The position numbers and the translations under genes are program-made. A stretch of DNA of 56,870 nucleotides. It comes from Klebsormidium nitens (Eukaryota > Plantae > Klebsormidiophyceae). This document shows, piece after piece, positions 11,401 through 23,581 of this stretch. Numbering within the stretch: the stretch's first letter is position 1; the number at the start of each line of letters is the position of its first letter. The stretch spans positions 1 through 56,870 of the forward strand of contig DF237050.1 in NCBI GenBank assembly GCA_000708835.1, written 5' to 3'. The notes beneath the pieces are model-generated. The model was not told the DNA's origin, made no database searches, and saw nothing but the letters and a program-made list of their open reading frames with translations.

Positions 11401-14400
11401 TCCATGTGTTGGATGCTTTGGAGTTGCGAATCCTAACTGACGGATTCTCAAACCTTGCCGTGTTAAGGGAATCTCGTTGCGCTTGACTGAGGGTAGACAT
11501 AGGGCTGACATGGGCAGAGTAGTCTCTACTTGCTCGTTTCCTGATCTAGTCTTTGTACCCTTCCAGGCACACACCCTCTTCGACAGCATTTTCGGCCCCC
11601 TCGCCTGCTCCCCGCCGTTCCGCAAGAGCAGAGCCGTCGATCTCGCATCCGCGTGCCTGAGAGCTGCCCTCACATTTCCCAGCCCAGCCATACTCACGGC
11701 GTTCGCCCATTATCGCATCGGCTGCCTGGACCTGCTTTCTAAGAATTTGCCCGATGCCAAAGCTGCGTTTGAAGCGGCCGTGATGGCGGGGTATGCACCA
11801 GCCAGAGCGGGGCTGGCCCGAATCTTGGCTCTGCAGGGCGACAGGTAAGGCAACTGGTAGCGCGACTAATAGTCCCGATTGTAGGTTGCTCCATAGTCCC
11901 AGAATCTTTTTCGTGAGTTGCCTGCCCTAAGGAAGAATTTGGCTCTCACGCTGACGGCTGTACCGTCTGACGCGTTCTTAGCTCAGGGCTGCTGGTCCGG
12001 CCGCTTCGTTTTGTCACTTATGTGGTTTAAGCCGCTCTCAACATGCTGATGAGAGGGTGAAACGGAGAGGGTAGTGGCTAAATCTGGAACTTTTTTCTTG
12101 CAGGCTCGGAGCACGTCAGGAGGTGTCGAGGCTGCTTTCGAGTGCCGACGTGGCAGCTGGATGGATCTTCCAGGAGCGGGCCATTTGCTCGGACGGAGGC
12201 AGAAGACGGGAGGACCTTGAGACTGCTACCATGGTAAGTGACTGCCTCATGTCACAATACTTCGGAGGAGCCTCTGTCCTCTTACTTGTGGGGTGGTGCT
12301 TTTCAAACACTCATGCGGACCTGGTCTGGCCAAAGACTGTACTGTATCTCTACGGCGAGGCAAACGGCTGATCATGCGAACGAGCTTCTCGGTTGACAGC
12401 TTTGCCTTCACCTGCCGTTCTCCAAGGTACGGCTCACCTCATTAGGGGGCTCTTACAGAGTCTTCAGGACCCATCCCGGCGATCTGATTGGTCGAGTGAC
12501 GTAAGCTCAACACCGTCACCGTGATTTCAGACTCCGCATGAACATTGCAGCTGGGTTGGTGTTAATAATCAGGACCGAGGCAGACTGTGATGTGGTGTCA
12601 AGGCTCCGCGCCGAGCCGCAGTCTGAATTTGTTGGCACTTCCTCCGGGTTTTCGGTAGTGATAACGCTAAACCCTCAGGCAGCACTGTAAGTGGTCCCAC
12701 CGATTTTATTGTTTGTGTCAATGTTCCTGCATAGCAGCGTGTTATTGAAGAGTGACACTCTGAGCAACGTTCGGTGCACAAATGCAAGCTTGGAGGCCTG
12801 TTTGCCGAGCTCGCACCGATATTGCAACTGGTGTCAAGCAGTCAAGTTGAGCGTGCACGTTGAGGTCGTTTGCACCAGGTTCGACAGTTTGGTGACCGAT
12901 TGGAAGTGTCAGTAGATGCGGGTATGTGCTTCGCTTGCCTCTGTTGACACTACAAAGCATCCGGGGGCCCAAGAGCCCCCGGCACGCCTAGTTCTGTCAA
13001 CTGTTGAGAGCATCTTTAAGCCCTTGAAACATCAGCTCTTTCTGGTCTTCTCGGCTTTGCGCATTGTAAGCCGCCTCCCTTTTCTGTGATAACCGAAAGC
13101 ATCCTCCCACACATGTCGGGACTCTTAGCACTCTGCTTTCCTCGTCCCCCTAGCTCTGCCCCACGCTGACGTACCCGTACAAGCACCGCGCGACGCGCCT
13201 GCTGAAGGAGGGCAAGCCCGACCTCGCGCGCGCGGAATTGGACCGCGCGCTGCGTTTTATGGTGACGCCCGACCTGCTCGAGTTCCGGGCCTACTGCGCC
13301 ATCGTGCTCCAGGTGCGAAAAAATTCTTTCGACAAGAACCCCTTCTTCTTTTAGTTCAACTTGTGTCAACTTCCTGATTGCGGGCAGATGCCGAGGTTCA
13401 GTTAGACCTTCGGCTCCCTTTAATTCAGATGGATAATAATAGGGTGTAGTAGCGGCCAAAGTGCTGTGCTTCGTCCTCCTTCCGCTCCTAGCGGAATTTA
13501 CTTCGGCAAACCATCAAGACGTTTCTCCCTTACTGTTGAGATGACATTCCTCTGGTTTGCGAACGCTTCTCGCAACTTCGCTCCCTTTCCCATTGCCAAC
13601 GGGTCAGCTAAGCCAACAGCTTTGGACGGCCATTGGCGATCAATCCGGGCTCTTAGCTCACACTCAACTTTCTCGGTCCTACGACTGACGTCATCCTTCT
13701 ATATGCCAGGACTTTGGGCCGTGAGCCGCGACCTGCGCGAACTACTGACGTTCCTTGCCTCGCGACTGACGTCATCTTTGTGTTTGCCAGGACTTCGAGG
13801 CCGTGGCCCGCGACCTGCGCGTGCTGCTGACGCTGGAGCCGCAGTACCTGCTGTACGGCGGCCGCGTGTCGGGCGCGCAGTTTCTGAAGCAGCTGGCCAA
13901 GAAGGTGGCCCCGCTCTCCAAGGGTGACTGCTGGCTGCGCCTCTACGAGCGCTGGAGCGCCGTCGACGACATCGGCAGCCTCGCGGTCGTGCACAGGGTG
14001 CGGAGGATTCTCACTCTCGGCATTTCTGTCTCGTACTTTCAAAGGCATAAGAAACCTGGTGTCTCGGTGCTGGCATGCTTAAGCTTAAAAAGCGCGGAGC
14101 ACGAGTTCGGGTTTGTGATACCCTGGTTGTTCGTTTCCTCGAAACTTTTCTACCTCTTTGTTTTGAAGGTTTGCTATCCCGAATACGTACGGGAGGGTGC
14201 CACTCCTGTGCGCCTCGTGCAGTTTCTCAGGCTTTCAATAAACCATATATATCGATCTTCACCTAAAGCTCACGTGATTTCAACACAGTTGTTCACCCTC
14301 AACGATATTTCCCGGAATCCTCAAGCGCCTCAAATCGAACCTCCGTTCGCTTTTCCCTGCAGATGCTCGAGCTGGAGCCGGGCAGCTCGGCCATCCTCTT

Positions 14401-16808
14401 CCGGCAGTCCCTCCTCTTGCACCGCATCGGCTGCTCCGATGTCACCATGCGGACGCTGCGCGCCGCCCGCGATCACTCACGCTCGGAACACGAGCGGCTC
14501 ATCTACGAAGGCTGGATCCTTTTCGACACCGGCCGCCGCGCAGAGGCATTTGAAAAGGCGCAGGTGGGTGACGTAGCTCTGGGGGACGTCTGAGTAGTGG
14601 TTTTGCCTTTGTGGGCTTACCTTCGTTCTGCAAACGATACCTTACCAAAGAAACGGTTGCTTGTTGCGGGTACTCTCTCGTTGGAGAGCTTTTTCGGCTA
14701 AGGAACAGACACTGGCCCCGTCTCGTACTGACCGGTGTCCAATCTCTTCCAATGCAATTCTGGGCCCGCTTAGTAGAGCAGCTTGGAAAGAGACTTATGG
14801 ATGTGCCTCGCGATGCTTCTATTTTCTTCAGTCAGGTTTCGAGGAAAGAAGCCGCTTTCTCAGTCCTCGATGACACTTCAACCTCAAAGCACAAAGTCCG
14901 CCGAGCGCTATTCAGGCCGCCCACGATCCTTCTGACCCCTGACACGTCTTCTCATCTGTTTGCCAGATGTCGGTGTCTCTGGCCCCCTCCTTCGAGGGCT
15001 ACTTCCTCCAGGCGTACGCTCTCTCCGACTCCTCCCTCACCGACCACAGCCCGGGGTCCGTCATCGAGCTGCTGCACAAAGCGCTCAACTGCCCCAGCGA
15101 CGGACTGCGCAAGGGCCAGGCGCTCAGCAACCTCGGCAGGTGAGCCCCTCTGCCGCCTACATTTTCGACACTAATCTGTCGTTCACCCGCTGAAAGTGAG
15201 GGCTCCTGATCAGATTTGGAAGGAGAAAGACCTTGCTTATGACGTCAATAGATGTCACTGCTCGTTCGATTTGGAAGTCGCCGTTCTGGTCCCTCGATGG
15301 GACCGACTCTTCTAAGATCTGCGTTCCTTTGCCTGGCCTTTGCTTGATTCGCTGCGGTCGCTTCTCATTCTGCCTGCTCGCTCTGTGTGTCCGAGCTGAC
15401 GTCACCTTCCTCCCTGGGTCCTCAGCATGTATGTTGACTGCGGCCGCTACCGCGAAGCGGCGGAGTGCTTCACGAACGCACTGCGCATCCGCCACACGCG
15501 CGCACACCAGGGGCTGGCGCGCGTGCATGCCATGCAAGGCAACCGGGAACGGGCATACGAGGTACGGTCCTCTCATCTTGTCGTGTCATTCCGGCAAGAA
15601 CTGGATATGAAGAGGTCTCAAACAAGCAGTCCGTGACGCGTGCGTTTGTTGGCGGCTGCTCGTCTTGCTTACTTGTAGTCTATCTGCCATACAATCGTTT
15701 CTGCGTTCGTCTCTTTTCCTTCCAAAGAAAATACACCCTGTATGGTGCGGCTTTCTTTGGATGTTGCTTTTGTTCTGCAGAGTCACTCTATCAATGCTGT
15801 GCACTGAGGTCAAACGCGCATTCAGTCGCTGGTCAACACCCAGTCAATTATCGGGCTCGATTGAGGCTTCGTAAGACAAGCCTTAGCGGTGCTGCTGCCA
15901 CAATTCCTATGGGTTTACCTCGCAACTTGATCGCATACGAACCCGGACTGCTCGATACCGCTCGATATCAACGCCTTTTCTTCACCGCGCATCATCTCTG
16001 TTTCAGGAGATGACCAAGCTGATCAAGAGCGCGCAGAGCAACTCGTGCGCGTTTGAGAAGCGCTCCGAATACGGCGCGGCGGGGCAGGGCCTCGCGGACC
16101 TGGACACCGTCACGCGGGTCAACCCGCTGCGCTCGTACCCGTACCGATACCGGGCGGCGGTCATGATGGACACGCTGCGGGAGCGGGAGGCGATCCAGGA
16201 GCTGTCGCGGGCCATCGCGTTCAAGGTCAGTTCGCGACTCTGTTTTTCCCACAACAGGCGTAGCACGGGGGAAAGCGTGTCTATCTGAGCCACACGGGGA
16301 AACGAGACTCTTCGGATTTCGATGGCGTTACAAAAGCGGAAGGCAACTTCGATGTTTTACAGAAGAAGTTTCTCTTCAAGCAGGGCGGAACAAGCAAAGC
16401 CGCAGCTTATTGCCTTCTTTCTTCTGCCGTGCCTTGGACGTACCAGCCTCTGACCAGCAGCCTGTACTTCTTGACGAGGCCGCGTACTATAACTTCTAAG
16501 ACTTGCCAAGCAAAGCGTCTAAAAGGAGAGATTGGGGAGAGCGTCTGGAAAAGTCTCAGCCATCTTATTGGCAGGCTTCGTATGAGAAGGGCTACAAGAG
16601 CGGGTAATTGAGCTGAAGCAACTTCTGGGGTTTGCAGGTGGACGTGAGCCTCCTCCATCTGAGGGCAGAGTTCCACGAGTGTCAAGCAGATTTGGACGCC
16701 GCGAGGCGGGACGCCAGGGCGGCGCTCGCCATCGATCCCAACCACGTGGCAACACAGGAGCTATGGAAATCCAAGTTGGATTTGTCGAACGCAAGGAGGC
16801 CTGGCTGA
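8483..16808 (+). CDS. ETO1: ETO1/EOL-family BTB/POZ-TPR protein (CUL3 E3 substrate adaptor); true start uncertain
   Basis: Phase-consistent exons ~8483-8675, 9005-9499, 9883-10556, 11023-11235, 11567-11844, 12103-12232, 13154-13312, 13791-13997, 14363-14563, 14967-15139, 15426-15561, 16007-16225, 16638-16808. Diagnostic ETO1 segments: LSAPFNAML, FASRFCCEGLK, CWLRLYERWSAVDDIGSLAVVH, EHERLIYEGWILFDTG, CPSDGLRKGQALSNLG, HTRAHQGLARV, PLRSYPYRYRAAV. A further upstream coding exon is possible (acceptor at 8454). Confidence 0.93.
13682..13831 (+). repeat. 81-bp-period tandem duplication of an ETO1 3' splice site plus exon start
   Basis: CGACTGACGTCATC...GCCAG|GACTT..GCCGTG..CCGCGACCTGCGCG..ACTGACG occurs at 13682 and again at 13763. 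The upstream copy reads GAC TTT GGG CCG TGA. Confidence 0.85.
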
Positions 16809-19063
16809 GGAGCCTAAGGCGCGCAGGCCATGGGGCAGATACGTATTTTCGACAAGTCCGTATACGGACTATATTTGGCTGAATTTGTTTGTGCAAAAGA
16901 GGGTTAGTAGAGTAGCGAGTCTGCTTCGATCAGGATCAATTGTACACTAACCGATTATTTTGTGATTGTCTCAATTCAGTGGACTAGCACTGTAAGATAC
17001 ATGTGGTTAGGTGGGTAGGATGAATTATGGAACAGAATCTTGACCTGGCGTGTAAAAGTAGAGTCTTGCGAGTCCTTGTAGGTATCGGACACATTGCCCG
17101 ATAGATACCAAAAAGGGACTATTGCAGCCCTATGATTTGACAATACAAACATTGGATTGGAGCATTATAAAGTCGTGGCCCATGACTACTAGTTAGACAT
17201 ATAACCTTTCTCCCCACGCCAGACAGGATGGCCAGCGTGGCTTGTGCATGTGATCGATAGGTCGATTAAGTCATAACCGCAAAATTGACTCCTCACTGAA
17301 CTATCTTAGTGACGTACAGTAGCTGCATGGGACGACGTATGATTGGAAGGAAACTTGCACTCTAGAACAAGTTGTTGAGTAAAGTATTTAGTATGTGCTA
17401 GCTAACATAAGTTAGTCGATCTCATGCACGCACTGAGAGCATGAAGTCTGTACACAAGTTCATGCGGGGCCCAAGCTGATTGCAGCGCATGTTAGCCGGG
17501 TATGTTTTCTGAATGAAAGACCATCGAGCCAATCAAAATTAGCGTAGTACGACACGCATGCAAGAATAGGGGTGCATTTGTGGCAACAATTCGTACGGTC
17601 TGTGCCGGCGGGTGTCCCTTGTAGTAATTAATTGTACGTAGCTGCGCGGCCGCCCATGCATGCGCTCGATCATGCAAGCTGAAATGGTGATCGATGCTCC
17701 AGATGCAGAAGGAAAAGTCATGTGCGGTGCGCTTGTCTCAGTGAACGGGTCATCATGTACGCATGGCACATGTTCAGTCTGGCACTCACACAAACGTATG
17801 TCAGAAAAAGGCGGCCAGGATGCAGCAGCAGTCTCTGCATCAAAATCTTTGCATGCTCTGAGCCCGAAGAACAACTAACTGTTTGCATGGTGTTTTACGC
17901 TTTCAAAGTCCTCCTCACGATGCAGCTCTCGTACGCAGACGTGCAAGTGCAACACCTATGCGCGCACAGAAGCTTCTACCGTTTGGTCGAATCATTAAAG
18001 ATAAGTTCACTGAATCGTGAAGGCCGGCACACCCGTTGGTATAATTACACAGGTTAGCCATGTACTACAGACGCTAAGGAGCACACGTGATCTCTAAGGT
18101 CGGTCGTTGTATAGATTCCTACATTCGGCATGGTATACCGCTTGACGAGAGCTAGTGCGAGATCGAGATTGACGTTGTGCAGCATTTGGGCCGTCCGATG
18201 GGAGCTGAACGTCGATAATCGAAACGCTCAATTCCGTGCGATCTGCAGGCGTCGGTTCGAGGCGGGTTTTGGTCAGGCGGTGAGATCAGCTGCATGAAAG
18301 TTGATAGTTTGATGGAAGCGTTCATGTGCGGGGCGCTCTTTGCGTCCTCTTAAGTGAAAACGAGCTCACTACTGTATCAGCTTTGCGACCTCGCTTTGAA
18401 AGAATCTGATTCTGCGGTTCAGGAAAAAGTGTCATCGGCCTTCTTCTGTTTTTCACTTTGCTCGGGCGCTGGGAATTATGACCAGCAGCAGCTCAAGAGA
18501 GGACCAATCTTTGCTATGATTGAGAGGCGAGCGCCTGATCGCTCTCCTTGCGGTGGTGACTGAGGACCTCCAGCGGATTCAGAGCTCCAAGGTCTTGAAG
18601 TAATTTCTCCAGGTAAACCAAGAACAACGTTCCTTGCGAGGAGCTTGGACTCGTGCTCAGAACGCCATGGCTCATTTTGTGCCAGAACAACCTAGGTGTC
18701 TGGTGCAGGCTTTGCTTGGCTACTTTTCGTCTTCGTGCATGCCTCTAATCCGGTTGCAGCGAATGGATCAGAATCAGGCAGTAGCTCCTAGAATCTCTTG
18801 CTGAAGTTGTACAACTGAAAATCGGGCACAAATTAGGCGCAAGGATATGAATCCCATGCAAAGGGACTGAGAGTCTGATAGATATCACTCAAACACAAAG
18901 AGGGAGTCAACTAAAGACGTTGAATATTGCGTTCAGTACTCTGCATAGGTCCCCTTTTTGACCAGATTCGACGTCAAGACAGCAAGAAAAAGTCGCACAG
19001 ATTCAGATTCAAATCCAGTCCGTGTTCTTCTGCAGCAAGGGCGTTGATATTGTTCTTTCTCAG

Positions 19064-21723
19064 ATGGGACCCAAGAGCAGAATGAAAATACCAGACCTGG
19101 AGATCAAGACAGACAAGGAGACATACTTGTCCATTGTGTACAAGGTTGCGCGCAAGCTGCGCTTGAACATCATCCGGAAGCCGGCATCCGTTGAAGAGCT
19201 GGACTACATCAGTTTCCTCCCTCCTGGGAAAGGTCTTGGTCAGCTAGAATCTGCAATAGTTTTTAGCCTGCAAAGGGGGTACGAGAAGGCCAAGCACTGT
19301 TCTCCGGACGAAGTCTTTAGCCAGACGCAAGGCAGCCTTTCAGGGTTTCAGGTCCAAGACAACATTCATCAAGCAGGCTTTGGGGAGGGATCAGCGTCGC
19401 TTGATAACCTGTACCCAACGGTGCAGCCCAAGCGGGTTTTTGACTCGTACATGCTGAGCGGCGGAAGGAAGACGCCAGACCGGGGTGTCTTCTACCGGCC
19501 GTGGTCTCCCGAGAGCCCGGACCCCTGGATAGGGCTAGTCTTCGGCTTCGAGACCGCGCCCGGAATATTCCAAGACGCCTGGGTGACCAACCCCTTATGC
19601 CTGCAAGCTTTCCAGAGGCCCTTCGACGCCTTCAAGCGGGCCTTGCAGAATCTTAAGCGCAGGACAGAGGGCCAGGTCACAACCTGCATCGAGCCGTCCT
19701 TGAAGGCGGTGACGCCACACTGGGGAGAGTACAAGAGAAGCGCCTGTCACGCCGTGCGCTTCGGGCAGCCTCCAAGCGCGGTCTACGTAACGTTCTTTGG
19801 AGATCATCGGGACTGCCCTCGATTCCTCCTTCCGATTGTCGTCCAGGGTTTCGCGGACGCGCTGAAGTGCCACCCGGAAAGTGTGGTGAGCTCCTCCAAA
19901 GTTTCTCGCAAAGCTTCTCCATATACTCATCTCACAGTATTAATTCGAACTGGCACTTGCGTTGGGTTCGCCTTTAAAAGAACCTTTTTGGTTCAAATCC
20001 TGGTAGGTCTGCCATTCCGCTAATCGAGAGCACAAGATTGAAAGCCGTTCAAATTCTGCCCCCGGTTATGTTAACGGTGTAAGAACGGATGCTTTGAGAC
20101 TCTACGAGGTACGTCGCAACAGCCATCTTGCACAATGTCCGGCGGCGATACCGATCCAATTGAATCTCGAAGGCGACTCCCAAGGAAAAGTGTCCAAATT
20201 TAAACATTCAAACCAGTCATACTGCAGATAAAACCCTCGACCACAGTCAAAGCTTGAAGCAGATAATCGTTGTCTTTCCTTGGCACTTCCGTCTCTGGAT
20301 AGCTCATTTTGTGGTAGGCAGATGTCCGGTCACTTCAGTGATTATCCGCGTCCTTCAAATGTCGCCTTAAAAGCAGGCCCCTCAGTCTCCAACGTACTGC
20401 CGTTTGGTGTAGGTTGAAGGCCACCTTTTACCTTTGGCTCTCACAGGTTGTGGTTTTGTGGACGAGCCAGCAGGTCCACGTGGCGTCAGCAGAGGACCAG
20501 ACGGCAATGTACACTCTGGGACGGATGCAGCATCTGCACAAGTTTCAGATTGACGCCGCGGACTACAAGGAGCGGATCTGTGCCGCGCCTTTCCAGGTGA
20601 GCGCTTAAGCTTAAGGTTGCAAACCTGTTTCGTTATTTAGGCGTTTTGTGACAGGAAGGAAGCGGACGACTGGTGCCTTAATGGCAGGAGCACGTCAGAA
20701 GGAAAGACAAGAAGGTCAGAAGGGCTTCCGTTCCCGTGCGCTAGTTTCTGAAGGAGATTTACTTGCTGAAAGGCATCTTCGTCTCTGCAATAAGGCGACG
20801 GCAGTCCCCGTCGTTTGAAGGTTCAAGCAGACCCTGTGTCAGTAGCACCAATTTCGATGATAGAAGTCGGGAAATGAAACGGAAGGGAGAAAGCGAGCGA
20901 AGAGCCGAGCCGAATAAATCCAATCCTACAGACAGGTTTTGTGCGCATTTCGCAGTTCAGTGGGTTGTCCAGCGACGGGTATCTGGTGGAATGGAAGCCC
21001 TACCCGCTGTACGGCAAGACGGAAGCTCTAAGGGTCCCACGTGGCACGAGCTCAGAGTCGATGCGTGTCCTGTACCCTGTCCCAAGAAGCGAGGCCGTGG
21101 CGCGGAAGCTGGAGCGACTGGGGGATAAAATCCCCATCGTGACAGAGCTCTCGTTACCCCAATGTGCAAAGGTGATTGTACATGGGGCATCAAGTTTTCA
21201 CAATCTCAAAGTGGTTGTCTTGCAAGATTGTGACGATTGAAAGGGGCCGCCGGCCTGATGTCTCTTTATTCTGGTCCTTGAGATTCCGGTTTGGTCCGGG
21301 AATTTGGCGCATGCTCGCTCTCAAAGTGTCTGACGTTGGTTCATCGCTAAGAACAGGACCGCTGGATCTTTCAAACCCCTCTCTGTTTTCTTTCACAGCG
21401 TGTGCTGATCCGAAGAACTTGTCACAAAGAGATCTTTTCTGTGTGGAAGCTGGAGCCTCACAACACACTTAGTTTTAAAAACACTGATGATCCACGAGAT
21501 AATATAATGGATAGGAGACTCTTGCGAATCTTGAGAGCGCTCTCTCGTCTAAGAGCAACTCCGTCCACCCCAAGTTCTAAGTCACTCCGTAACTTTTGTG
21601 CAGTGTGGAAAGAAGGGTGAGGACCTTCTCCGATGTGCGAGGTGCCGAAAGGAACGGTACTGCTCTCGGGGCTGTCAGATCAAGCACTGGGCGGCTGGAC
21701 ACAAGAAAGTATGCACACCGTGA
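19064..21723 (+). CDS. MYND-type zinc finger protein with an N-terminal uncharacterised (DUF1444-like?) domain, paralogue A, ~435 aa
   Basis: Exons 19064-19885, 20447-20596, 20956-21171, 21604-21723, all phase 0. The spliced C-terminus CAK-CGKKGEDLLRCARCRKERYCSRGCQIKHWAAGHKKVC is a canonical zf-MYND (C-x2-C...C-x2-C...YCS-x2-CQ-x2-HW-x3-HK-x2-C). An upstream exon is possible. Confidence 0.85.
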
Positions 21724-23581
21724 CGACGACCCGTGATTTAAGTGCCTTGCCGATACAGTAGCGATGCTTCTAACTTTCGAGGCGCAGATAAGTCTGATCT
21801 GAGAAGGAATCCGACAATTTCTTCCACGGGTGTTTAGTCGGCTTTGCTTTTGCATGCAGGAAGATGGAGAATGGCAATCCATCAATCTTCTCGGTTATTT
21901 GGAGTTGCGCCGGAACTTGAATTCAGGCAGCAAAAACAATTCCGATGCCTATCTTCGCGTTGGATGAATACAATTGTTTGATCATCGGCCAACCAAATTA
22001 ATGCTGCATTGCAAGTACTGGACCGATGTATGACCTCCATTGAGGTTGCAGCATGGTCGCACAGGTTTCTTACTCACTCTTGGCTCCCTTCCCAATTCAA
22101 TTGTTTGCTCAATGTGTATCGATCGTTCAACTCTAAGCCATGAAGAGCATATGCAGATCCAGAACAATGAATTGGATACAAATGATGGATGTATCGTTTG
22201 TCAGATGGTATGCGGATGCTGATTACGATTTACAAGTTCAACGGTACTCTGATGCATCAATGTTGGTTTCTAGTGTATCGACACAGCAGCAGGGTGCCAT
22301 CGATCAAACGTCGGTCCACGCACGCCGACGCACGGAGGCAGATGCAGCGGCGTCGTCTTCACATCTTCAATGACGCTCGTTGAAGGCCGGATAAGTGTAT
22401 CTCCATCCTTCATGGCACCATGTGGCTTTTGTAAGCATACGTCCTGTACAACAATCATTCACAGAAGCGTGCACCGTCTGGATTACTATATTTGGTTGCT
22501 GATCAGAGTTGCAAAGTAGGCCGGCAACCTGGAGAAAGTGCGCAGTCCTCCAGGCATGACGCCAGTTTCACCGTTTTGCTTGAAACTTCGCGCAAGGCCG
22601 CATGCAGTCGCATGTACTCGACCAGTTGCAAGCATTTGATTTTGTGCAGATAGCAGCAACTGGGCATTCGATAGCCGAACTTGGCCGAACTCGGTGATCG
22701 AAGGGCTCAGTGACCGTCTGATCTCTGGGGTTCGATTCAGGTCCGGCGCTCACACCAGCTTTGAATCGCGGTTTGCAGATCGTTTTGATCTTGATGGAAG
22801 GGTCGCGGCGCCGCGCTCTTTGAGTTGGCAGCTTTGGTGGTGAGATCACTTGATCAGCTCTTTGCCTTCGCTTTGACGGATCCTCAGCTCTTCAACGCAG
22901 GGACTTTTACCAAAGCGGCCTTTTATCTTGTACCGCTTAGTCGCTGGTACTTCAAGCTAGCAACAGGTCAAGGGAGAAATCCATCTTTGCTGGCAGTCCA
23001 GGAGCGAGCTGAACCAATCTGGTGGTCATGCGTGACACAGACCCTCTAGCAAAGTACAACTCCAAGGTTTTCAAGCAATCTGATTTCCAAACGAAGCAAT
23101 GCTCAGGAACTCATTGAACTCGTGCTGAACGCCTTCGCAAGGCTTTCCACTAGGTATCATTGTGGTCCACGCTCTTGCTGGCCTTCGTGCATGCATCTAG
23201 CTGGTTCATAGGTAGCAGATGATTCGAGGATAGGGAGTAACTCTAAAGATGTTCTCAGGATTACTCGCAAAAAATTGGGAAAACTTTGGACGACAGAAGT
23301 TGCTGTTATCTTCTTCATGCAAACCTGACATTCAATCTAGAATAGAAGGTCAGGAATCAGCTGAAATCAGTGATCACAAAAATTTGGGGGGAGATAGCAG
23401 AAGAGTTGGAGAAACAGCTAAAAAGGAGAATACTTCAAATTTTCATTGTGCCTAAAACTTTGGTCTAACTAGATATGCTTGAAAAAGACAGCGCGAAGTT
23501 AAGGGTAGGAAGAGTCCGCAGAGAGACAGATTCAGAACATACTCTTTTTCTGCAGAAAGTGTTTTGATAGTTCTTCTCAAG

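Noticed and set aside
22674-22747. 74-nt tRNA-like stretch with A-box-like TGGCCGAA, B-box-like GGTTCGATTC and a 6/7 acceptor stem
   Set aside because: D, anticodon and T stems do not pair properly and the T-arm is 2 nt short. At most a degenerate tRNA/SINE relic; tRNAscan-SE would settle it.
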